Positions 56,724 to 64,000 of a stretch of 64,000 nucleotides of DNA are shown here, in pieces. The notes beneath the pieces are model-generated. The model saw only the letters and a list, made by a program, of their open reading frames with translations. It made no database searches and was not told the DNA's origin. Source of the stretch: a virus. The stretch is taken from the UHGV virus genome UHGV-1550212. The stretch is one strand, 5' to 3'. Position 1 is the first letter of the stretch. Each line of letters starts with the position of its first letter. Both the position numbers and the translations under genes were made by a program.

Positions 56724-58229
56724 TTACAATTTGATTGCGCCTCTACGAGCAAGCTCTTCTTCAATCAATCGAACATGATTGTTAGCATACCAAAATTGCA
56801 ATTTTTTGTGATAATTGCGAACGTTGCCAAGCTGTTCTTGAGTTTCTTTATACATTGAAGGCTCTCTGTTGTCATACAGACAATTGTTGACTGACACAAA
56901 GTAATTTGGGTCTGCTTTGTAATGCTCAATTTCATCAGGATTTGTTAAACGTCTAATAAAGTTGTCTGGTGAAATATTCGCCGAGCGCATACTTGACGGA
57001 TACAATGAGTTTGCGTCAACACAGACAACCATACGAGCCCAATGGTTAAATGGTTGCTTAACAAAGCCGCCCTCAAATGAATGTACTACATTCTCTGGGC
57101 CACCTTGAGCACATACAACTTTGCCGCCATATTTGTTGTATAAGTATGTCATCATGACGCCCTCAGATTGCTTAACTGGTCCTTGGCAGTGATTCATGTC
57201 AATATTTGTCATATTTGACAATGACATCACATTTGATATCAAGTCAGTTTTTGCAGCAATCATTGCATTGACCATAGTATCGACAGCATTGTATGCAATG
57301 AATGTGCATGGATGATACAAATACAGCTCTTTAAGTGTGCAATCATAGGGCAACTTACCTACGCCGAACATACGATGTGCAATGTAGTCAAGTCGCAATG
57401 ATTCCTTTTGCCACACTGAATAGTCGTATGTGTCCATGAGCTGCATGTAGTCATCAATGTACTTGTGATATGGCATACCATTGCCCCAGACAGTTCTGCC
57501 AACTGGAGATGCCAATGCTAAATCAATATTGTGCATTGCGCATCGATTTTTGACATAGATGTTATCGAAGTCATTGATGTTCCAGCCTGTCAATGCAGGA
57601 ATGTTTTTGAAGAGCTTAGTCACCCAAAAATGCAACAATTCATGCTCATTTGCATGTTGAAAAATTTTGACAGTTGGATGTTCTTTCAAATACGCAGCAA
57701 AGCAATGTTGACCCATATACTCTTGAATGATGCCATTGACAAACTCAAATGCATCATCCAATGTTGGGTTTTGTTTGCCGCAGCTTTTGCGCAAATCATC
57801 ATCATTCAACAAGTCAACAGTAGTCTGAATGACACAATTGCATTGTTCATCGCATGTACTTATTGCATTAATGGGCATTTCAGCTTTGTCAGGCTTTGGA
57901 AAGCCATTGCCAATTTCAGTCTCAATATCGTAAAAGTACAACTTTGGTCTACGATAAGCAAACAATTCAGCTTTGTCAGCTTCAGGCAATTCAAATAAGA
58001 ATTGCAGCAAGTCAAATTGATTGAATCGTTTTGCTGTGACTCGAGTCACTGGCAATTTACGCCAATCTTGAATATCTGCATATTGAGGCTCTACGTGGTC
58101 TGATATTTGCCACACTGGAAATTGATATGGCTGTTCACAGACTGGGTATGTTTTGATGTCAATGCCACCTTGCTCATTAACATATGAGACTTCAATGCCA
58201 TGTGACAAATATGCTACGTCAACAATCAT
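56724..58229 (-). CDS. family-B DNA polymerase, N-terminal (3'-5' exonuclease + motif A) fragment
   Basis: Exo I YFYDIETEIG, Exo II LTGWNINDFDNIY, polymerase motif A VDANSLYPSSM; ends with stop after motif A. Confidence 0.8.
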   Translation of the reverse strand: MIVDVAYLSHGIEVSYVNEQGGIDIKTYPVCEQPYQFPVWQISDHVEPQYADIQDWRKLPVTRVTAKRFNQFDLLQFLFELPEADKAELFAYRRPKLYFYDIETEIGNGFPKPDKAEMPINAISTCDEQCNCVIQTTVDLLNDDDLRKSCGKQNPTLDDAFEFVNGIIQEYMGQHCFAAYLKEHPTVKIFQHANEHELLHFWVTKLFKNIPALTGWNINDFDNIYVKNRCAMHNIDLALASPVGRTVWGNGMPYHKYIDDYMQLMDTYDYSVWQKESLRLDYIAHRMFGVGKLPYDCTLKELYLYHPCTFIAYNAVDTMVNAMIAAKTDLISNVMSLSNMTNIDMNHCQGPVKQSEGVMMTYLYNKYGGKVVCAQGGPENVVHSFEGGFVKQPFNHWARMVVCVDANSLYPSSMRSANISPDNFIRRLTNPDEIEHYKADPNYFVSVNNCLYDNREPSMYKETQEQLGNVRNYHKKLQFWYANNHVRLIEEELARRGAIKL

Positions 58230-58244
58230 ATATCATTATCTTTT

Positions 58245-58655
58245 TTAGAATAGAGATATTGTACAACAATTTGATTCAGGTTGCCATTCTACAATATGCG
58301 CATCAAAGTGTTTGTTAAGCCAATGTGCAAGTATGTGTCTATGACAAAATGCAGATAGTCTGCACCAACATAACAATACAATGTCTCGTTCGCCTGCAAG
58401 AATCTTTATGCGATGCAGCATCAAACTTATCTGTGACAATGCAGCGTCAAGTTTTGCTGCATATTGCTCTGCATATTGTGCATTGTCAAGCAAGCCTGCT
58501 TTATGCAAACGAACAAGTGACATGTAATCAGGCATGACGTCAGTCCATGTAAAATCTGCTATGAAGCCCTTAGGCTTTGTTGCAGACACTTGAACAAGAA
58601 ATGCGTTATCAGGCAGATGCCTGCATGCATAATATGAAGTTAAGATTCTTGTCAT
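58245..58655 (-). CDS. hypothetical protein (136 aa)
   Basis: ORF track. Confidence 0.4.
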   Translation of the reverse strand: MTRILTSYYACRHLPDNAFLVQVSATKPKGFIADFTWTDVMPDYMSLVRLHKAGLLDNAQYAEQYAAKLDAALSQISLMLHRIKILAGERDIVLLCWCRLSAFCHRHILAHWLNKHFDAHIVEWQPESNCCTISLF

Positions 58656-59575
58656 TCTACAATAATTGTTGCAAGTTTGTTAATTGGCTGTATGAACACA
58701 TCAAAACCCTTAACAGTGCCGAACGCGTTTCGTTTGACTGCATATAACATTGCAGTGTTCACATCATGCTTTGCATAACGAGTTTCAATGACTTGACTGA
58801 TGTAGCCTTTTGAGTCTCGAATGTATTCTATGCTTGTAGCAATTTTGTTTGCTTTGATAGAATTTACTGTTATCAATGCATCATTCTGACCATACGCATA
58901 TTGCATTGTTGCTGTAGATGGCTTTGCAGCATTTACACTTAACTGCTGAATGACTTGCATTTTGCGACCATGCGAATCATAGTAATATGTGAATGTGCAT
59001 GGAAACTTGCCAACCAAACTGTTCAAATGATGCAACTGCTCATAATGATAGCTGAACTGCACTACACTGCTATTAGATTCGCAAATGCTGCTTGGTCTAT
59101 AGTAGCCATTGAAGTACCCATACTGAATTGAGTATGTTTCAAAACGACCTCTACGATACAAACTCAACAAACTAAGCATATTCGTCGCTTCATCAATATG
59201 CAAGAACTTGATGTCTGCGCATGCATTGCTCTTGGCATAATCAGCTGCATTCCACTTATCAACGACTTTCCAAGAGTAGCATTTGATGCTTTGATTGCGC
59301 TCATTGACAAAGTGTATACCATTTGACTGCACCTTTACAATGTCATAGCAATTCAAATGCCCATTACTGTCAATGAATTTTTGCAGCCAATTTAAAGCCA
59401 TGATGTTTGTTGCAAATGTCTGTGCAAATGCAATTTGGCCATCTGCAAATGCTGCAGTGTATGTCTTGTTCTTATCGTAGATTGGCAATGTCGCATCTGC
59501 ATATGATGCTGCTACAAATGCATAGCCAATCACATTATTCTCAGAACTCAAATTAGAGTGTCTTAACTGTTCCAT
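58652..59575 (-). CDS. hypothetical protein (307 aa)
   Basis: ORF track. Confidence 0.45.
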   Translation of the reverse strand: MEQLRHSNLSSENNVIGYAFVAASYADATLPIYDKNKTYTAAFADGQIAFAQTFATNIMALNWLQKFIDSNGHLNCYDIVKVQSNGIHFVNERNQSIKCYSWKVVDKWNAADYAKSNACADIKFLHIDEATNMLSLLSLYRRGRFETYSIQYGYFNGYYRPSSICESNSSVVQFSYHYEQLHHLNSLVGKFPCTFTYYYDSHGRKMQVIQQLSVNAAKPSTATMQYAYGQNDALITVNSIKANKIATSIEYIRDSKGYISQVIETRYAKHDVNTAMLYAVKRNAFGTVKGFDVFIQPINKLATIIVE

Positions 59576-59772
59576 GTGCCATTACGCTTACGACGTTCAA
59601 TTTCTGCTTCAACGTCATCAATGTCGTGATTTATTTGAGCAAGACGAATGTCATTGTCGTACTCTTTAAGCAATTGTTCAAACAAATCTTCTTTGAACTG
59701 CTTCAAACGTTCATTTGAAAATGCTCTTACATTCATATCAAAGTCTACAGTCTTTTTCAAGTTTCTTGTCAT
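59563..59772 (-). CDS. hypothetical small protein (69 aa)
   Basis: ORF track; charged, helical-looking. Confidence 0.3.
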   Translation of the reverse strand: MTRNLKKTVDFDMNVRAFSNERLKQFKEDLFEQLLKEYDNDIRLAQINHDIDDVEAEIERRKRNGTWNS

Positions 59773-60307
59773 TTATGACTGCATTCAACAAATAATTGAC
59801 ATGCTTACATGAATGACGATACATAAAGCCTGGGCAATCACAATATGCTTGCATTGATTCAGGATATAACACAAGTACATGTGAATTGCCTCGTGAGCCA
59901 AAGACCTTGTACTTGACTGGCGCTGTTGGCATGCCAATCAAATTGTTAATGTCTTGTGAATGCCTGATATTATGCAGTTGTTTAAGTGAAACCCAGTGTT
60001 CTGCGGCTTCAGTAGCAGACATCAAATCAATGCCAAATGCTTGTTTGTATTGTTGTTTGCAAAACAATTGCCATTTGTGTGCATATACAGAGTTCTTTTG
60101 CAGCATCTCTTTATGCAACAAATACTCTTCAATGTATCTTGGCTGCCAACGAGTTGACCATGACACAAATTCAGGCACAAACTGAATGTCTTCAAGAGTT
60201 GTGCCTGCTGGTACAGAATGCCAAGCATCACCTGTGCATGCATAAGTACCGGTCGTTGTTACAATTATTGCCGGATTACATTTGCCAATGATTTGAATCT
60301 TGTCCAT
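59738..60307 (-). CDS. SWIM zinc-finger protein
   Basis: CDCPGFMYRHSCKH matches CxCxnCxH; TTGTACAA motif 45 nt upstream. Confidence 0.45.
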   Translation of the reverse strand: MDKIQIIGKCNPAIIVTTTGTYACTGDAWHSVPAGTTLEDIQFVPEFVSWSTRWQPRYIEEYLLHKEMLQKNSVYAHKWQLFCKQQYKQAFGIDLMSATEAAEHWVSLKQLHNIRHSQDINNLIGMPTAPVKYKVFGSRGNSHVLVLYPESMQAYCDCPGFMYRHSCKHVNYLLNAVINDKKLEKDCRL

Positions 60308-60519
60308 CTTATTTATGATTTGATGTCTTGTTATATTATTATATGTTGATATTGTACAACGCTAAGTGTCATTTTGCACTATCGCCGCCAATTTTTATTG
60401 ATGGCGTTGCAAACAATGCAAGCAAACACCAGCCACTTTTAGTAACTGCACAAGCAACTGCTATTGCAGCAAAGAAGCTTGCATAAATGATTGCTGCAGC
60501 AAGCCAACTTGTTTTATCG

Positions 60520-60810
60520 CTACATTTGTTGTTCGATGAGTTCTCCATTGATAATGTCTTTTCTGATGTAAACGCCCTTTAATGTTGGATGCTGCTGTAC
60601 AAATGTCATGTGACCAATAACATGCACTTTGTGATTTTTGGGCAGTACAATGCCATACTCGAATATGGCATGAGTATCTGTAAATCGTAACAGTTTTACT
60701 GGAGATGTAACACAATTGACGAAGTATAGCTTGCCAACTTGCGCATCTGCTGCTTTGATTTTGTCTTTCATTGTTATGCAATTTGAGTGCTGGCGTATTT
60801 TACTAGCCAA
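60520..60810 (-). CDS. hypothetical protein (96 aa)
   Basis: ORF track; preferred over the overlapping alternative frame 60461..60781. Confidence 0.3.
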   Translation of the reverse strand: MASKIRQHSNCITMKDKIKAADAQVGKLYFVNCVTSPVKLLRFTDTHAIFEYGIVLPKNHKVHVIGHMTFVQQHPTLKGVYIRKDIINGELIEQQM

Positions 60811-61052
60811 GCGTACACGTCATAATGAAAAATCTTCACATAATGTGGCATGCTAAAGCATTCACCGCAGCTACAATGAGCGTCAATATTACCTGTAATG
60901 ACATTGTACGTCAGCCGAACAATTTCATATGACTCAGAACCCATTTGACAATGCTGCTTAATGTCAATTGTTCTGCCAAATCGCTTACGAAACCATATTA
61001 CAAGCTGAGCATACAACTCATCAACGTTTGATGTCATTGAGCAATCTTTCAT
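60774..61052 (-). CDS. hypothetical protein (92 aa)
   Basis: ORF track. Confidence 0.3.
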   Translation of the reverse strand: MKDCSMTSNVDELYAQLVIWFRKRFGRTIDIKQHCQMGSESYEIVRLTYNVITGNIDAHCSCGECFSMPHYVKIFHYDVYAWLVKYASTQIA

Positions 61053-61524
61053 ATGCGCAAGGATATTCAGGATTTGTCAGTATATGTTTGATGAACTGTT
61101 TAAGCTGCATTTTGCTGTCGAATGCTTGAACTGCAGGCTTGCCAACAAATTTGAGATATTTAATTGCTTCTTTAGCAAATTTGCCTGCAGAATTGCTGTC
61201 AAGCATTATGTATGATGTCAGAGTATCAATCATAAAAATGCTTCGCCAACTTGGTGCGCCGCAAATGACTTCTACTGCATTTCTGTTAGGAATGCGTCGT
61301 ACACGCACATTAAGAATAGTCATCAAGTCATTCCAAGATGCATCTCTGCATGTACATGGCTGCAAGTTCCGCTGACGTGTCATATGACACCAATACAAAA
61401 TTGTGTTTGCAGGCAATTCTGCTCGTTCAGCTTTGCTAAGCTTATGGCCATCTGCTGCATAGACTGCTTGTCTGCTAATTTGAACAGAGCTAAGCTTGCC
61501 TCGTTTGTGCGTAACTGCTACCAT
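61021..61524 (-). CDS. hypothetical protein (167 aa)
   Basis: ORF track. Confidence 0.4.
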   Translation of the reverse strand: MVAVTHKRGKLSSVQISRQAVYAADGHKLSKAERAELPANTILYWCHMTRQRNLQPCTCRDASWNDLMTILNVRVRRIPNRNAVEVICGAPSWRSIFMIDTLTSYIMLDSNSAGKFAKEAIKYLKFVGKPAVQAFDSKMQLKQFIKHILTNPEYPCAYERLLNDIKR

Positions 61525-61916
61525 GTCTTTGCGTAGTTAATGAGCTGCTTAATATCACAGAATACAGGATTGTCGTACGCAGACTTGTTGTAATCGAAGA
61601 TGACACAAATGTTGTTGCCAAGCAATCTGCAGTTGCCATAGATTTTTGCAATCTTTGTGTTACGTTTATTGTCAACGCAAATATTGATTGCTCGTACTTT
61701 CATGACATCAAGCCACTGACCAGTACATTCATTCTGAACTGCAGATGGTTCACAAGTTGGCAATGCAAGCACATATGTCTTACCACTGTCAAGTCGTTCA
61801 ATGACTTCACCATGATATTGAGGTTCAAGAATGTTGATGCCATTGACATCAGGATTTGCTGTTCGTAATGCAACTTTCAATTCTTCTGTAGTTGCGTTGT
61901 AATTTATTCTGTACAT
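61518..61916 (-). CDS. hypothetical protein (132 aa)
   Basis: ORF track. Confidence 0.4.
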   Translation of the reverse strand: MYRINYNATTEELKVALRTANPDVNGINILEPQYHGEVIERLDSGKTYVLALPTCEPSAVQNECTGQWLDVMKVRAINICVDNKRNTKIAKIYGNCRLLGNNICVIFDYNKSAYDNPVFCDIKQLINYAKTW

Positions 61917-61931
61917 ATCTATTGATATTTG

Positions 61932-62168
61932 TTATTCGAAATCCGTGTCATCTGCATTTTCATTAGGGTCATAGATAAGCCATACAAATGCTGCACAGCC
62001 AAGTATGAATAAGCCTCCGCCAATGATTGTCGTAAAAACCGAACCAATCCAATGCTTCATAATATCACCGAGCGGATTCAATGTTTCATAGCCAATCATA
62101 AATGCGACAAATACAACTATTATTGCTGCTATTGCTTTGTTTGTGGTATTTCGTTTTATTGTTGCCAT
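61932..62168 (-). CDS. small membrane protein (78 aa, two predicted TM helices)
   Basis: ATG at 62168 preceded by conserved leader aacctctactaca; hydrophobic segments AIAAIIVVFVAFMIGY and VFTTIIGGGLFILGCAAFVWLI. Confidence 0.4.
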   Translation of the reverse strand: MATIKRNTTNKAIAAIIVVFVAFMIGYETLNPLGDIMKHWIGSVFTTIIGGGLFILGCAAFVWLIYDPNENADDTDFE

Positions 62169-62291
62169 TGTAGTAGAGGTTTGTTGTGTTCTGTATATTA
62201 TGTTCGAATATATGAGGACATATATTATATATAGATATATTACAACACGCAAATCATTTTTGCACACTTTTATAAACCAAATTTCACAAAA

Positions 62292-62597
62292 ATGCAAACA
62301 CAAGAAGTTTTAGATGCAATTGACATGTCGCAGTCAGCTCGCAATTATGCGCTTGGCACTGTATGCGATGCAGAAGAGCATGAAGATGCTGTTGAAGCAG
62401 TTATCGAAGATTACATGCAAGGCGCAAGAGAAATGTACGTCAAGCTGACTACATTTGTCAATGTTAATGATGCAGTGCCTGCAAACAACTACCCAGTCAT
62501 TGCAAAGCTTGCAAATGACTCATATGCAGTTGCAACGTTTGAAAATGACATGTGGTCTGTCGACAACGTAGTTGCATGGCGCAAGTTGCACATTTAA
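62292..62597 (+). CDS. hypothetical acidic protein (101 aa)
   Basis: ORF track; plus strand, divergent from 62168 gene. Confidence 0.4.
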   Translation: MQTQEVLDAIDMSQSARNYALGTVCDAEEHEDAVEAVIEDYMQGAREMYVKLTTFVNVNDAVPANNYPVIAKLANDSYAVATFENDMWSVDNVVAWRKLHI

Positions 62598-62609
62598 GCC
62601 CTACAGCAC

Positions 62610-62642
62610 AAAAAAAGTCCGAGCATTGCTCGGACTTTTTTT
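62610..62642. terminator. bidirectional terminator hairpin
   Basis: stem aaaaaaagtccgagca / gctcggacttttttt between convergent genes. Confidence 0.55.
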
Positions 62643-62659
62643 GTTGTGCATTGATTGGC

Positions 62660-64000
62660 CTATCGAACAATCGATGTAATTGATGCTACTGGTATCGTAC
62701 CAATGATTGATGTAGTTGAGCGGAAGTCTGCATAGACTTTAATGTCAAATGTGAACTCCTTGCCACCAATGTAGCATATGAAATTCATTGTTTTTGTGTA
62801 TGACAGCTTATTTTGCTGAGCATTGCTATCAATATCAGATGAACCAACTGCATCAGTCATACGAGCTTGGAACAGCAATGGTATCAACAATGCATTATTT
62901 TCGCCAGGCTTAACTACATAAGCTGCAGAATCAGTGCTATTCGAAACTTGCATTTGATTGACTGCAGTTGGATTCAACAACAAGAATGCACCACGACTAT
63001 TTGCACCAACTGCATAGACATCATTGTCTGTGAATGCACATTTAGGTGCGTTTTCTGCAGTAAGTTCAAGTGGCAGAATCTGCTGATACTTTGATTTGAT
63101 GACAGAATTGAACTTAGCAAGCTCTGCAAATGCTGCAGTCAATGTTGCTTTTGTTTGTTCATTCTTATTTGCTGAGTATGCAATCCATGCTGGATGCTGA
63201 ACAGACATCAGATTGTATGCATCTGGTGATACTGTCGACTTCAATGCGATTGCTTCATAATCATCGCCATTCTTATGAACGAACTTGCGATTTGCTGCTT
63301 GTGCAGAAGTATCAATGTTTTGTGTTTCTACAGTAGACGATGATGGTGTTTCTGCAGCAACGTACAGCTTTTCTGTGCCTGCTACGTTTTTCAAGCCAGC
63401 ATACAATGTTTGACCCATGTATTGACGAGTGCCATACGGTGCTAAGATGTCATTGCTGTCATATGCATCGCTGTTAAGTACAACAGGTACGTCATAGACA
63501 TCTGCGAAATCTTGCAGCTTGTCTGTAATATGCTGTGACAAGTCGCCATGATATCGTGGGTACAATGAGATGTTTTCTGCACCAATGTTGTAGAACTTCA
63601 ACCAATATTGTCGAGTAAGCACTTTGCCATAGTTGTCTGCTGAAGTGATGTCAAACTTATCTGCATAAGTGCCTGCAAACAAAACATTGCTTGACCCATT
63701 CAGAATTTCTGTTTGATTGCCCTCATCATCTACAATTGCGACTCGAAGCATTGAGCCTTGATTCAAAATGATGTCTTTGAGCTGCGCAACTTCATTGCTA
63801 AGCGACAGTAGTTTTTCATATGTAGTCACTTTTGCAAGCTCTGATGTGAAGAAGCCTGATGCAATGTTTTGAGCATTGTGGGCGTAGTAGATGTTGTTTT
63901 CTGAGAATGCATCTGCAATATGCTTGATAAGTCCTTTGTTCTCAAGCATATTTTCAAGAGCCACATTTTGCTTATCAATTGCAAGTTCATCTTTAAGCGT
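62660..64000 (-). CDS. hypothetical protein, partial (5' end beyond right edge)
   Basis: track start at 63964 is GTG; reading frame stays open to position 64000, so the true start is outside the window. Confidence 0.5.
   Translation of the reverse strand, partial: TLKDELAIDKQNVALENMLENKGLIKHIADAFSENNIYYAHNAQNIASGFFTSELAKVTTYEKLLSLSNEVAQLKDIILNQGSMLRVAIVDDEGNQTEILNGSSNVLFAGTYADKFDITSADNYGKVLTRQYWLKFYNIGAENISLYPRYHGDLSQHITDKLQDFADVYDVPVVLNSDAYDSNDILAPYGTRQYMGQTLYAGLKNVAGTEKLYVAAETPSSSTVETQNIDTSAQAANRKFVHKNGDDYEAIALKSTVSPDAYNLMSVQHPAWIAYSANKNEQTKATLTAAFAELAKFNSVIKSKYQQILPLELTAENAPKCAFTDNDVYAVGANSRGAFLLLNPTAVNQMQVSNSTDSAAYVVKPGENNALLIPLLFQARMTDAVGSSDIDSNAQQNKLSYTKTMNFICYIGGKEFTFDIKVYADFRSTTSIIGTIPVASITSIVR

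Noticed and set aside
60461-60781. 106-aa minus-strand ORF overlapping 60520..60810
   Set aside because: Translation is Gln/His/Arg-rich and unprotein-like; the overlapping frame gives a more plausible protein
1-64000. Integrated prophage or integrative element boundaries
   Set aside because: No integrase, recombinase, att-like direct repeats or flanking bacterial genes recognised; content is consistent with a virulent phage genome segment

Overview
This window reads as a segment of a large tailed dsDNA phage (myovirus) genome with a recognisable T4-like core, almost entirely transcribed on the minus strand. Identification rests on motif-level reading of the ORF translations; no database search was run. 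Core calls: type II topoisomerase, class II ribonucleotide reductase (NrdJ) interrupted by a ~208-aa intein, family-B DNA polymerase split into two ORFs by a 2.3-kb insertion carrying dUTPase and MazG-like genes, gp55-like late sigma factor, portal, a giant prohead-protease/acidic-scaffold fusion, tail sheath, tail tube, gp23-like major capsid protein with distinct GC-rich codon usage, and a holin-like/M15 endolysin pair. Accessory content is dense. Most striking are five paralogous Vsr/DUF559-like nuclease genes with tandem RYG repeats (candidate homing endonucleases) and a cluster encoding a fused nucleotidyltransferase-kinase, a HAD phosphatase and a SIS sugar-phosphate isomerase (candidate activated-sugar pathway, possibly for DNA hypermodification). 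Also present: a secreted retropepsin-like protease, a membrane HExxH protein with a (Pro-Glu)n repeat between sheath and tube, a RuvC-like resolvase, recurring TTGTACAA promoter-associated palindromes, duplicated intergenic cassettes, and a recurrent aliphatic-Asn-Glu motif that may mark maturation-protease cleavage sites. Genes lack Shine-Dalgarno sequences. No tRNA, rRNA, CRISPR array or integrase was recognised. ORFs at both window edges are truncated.
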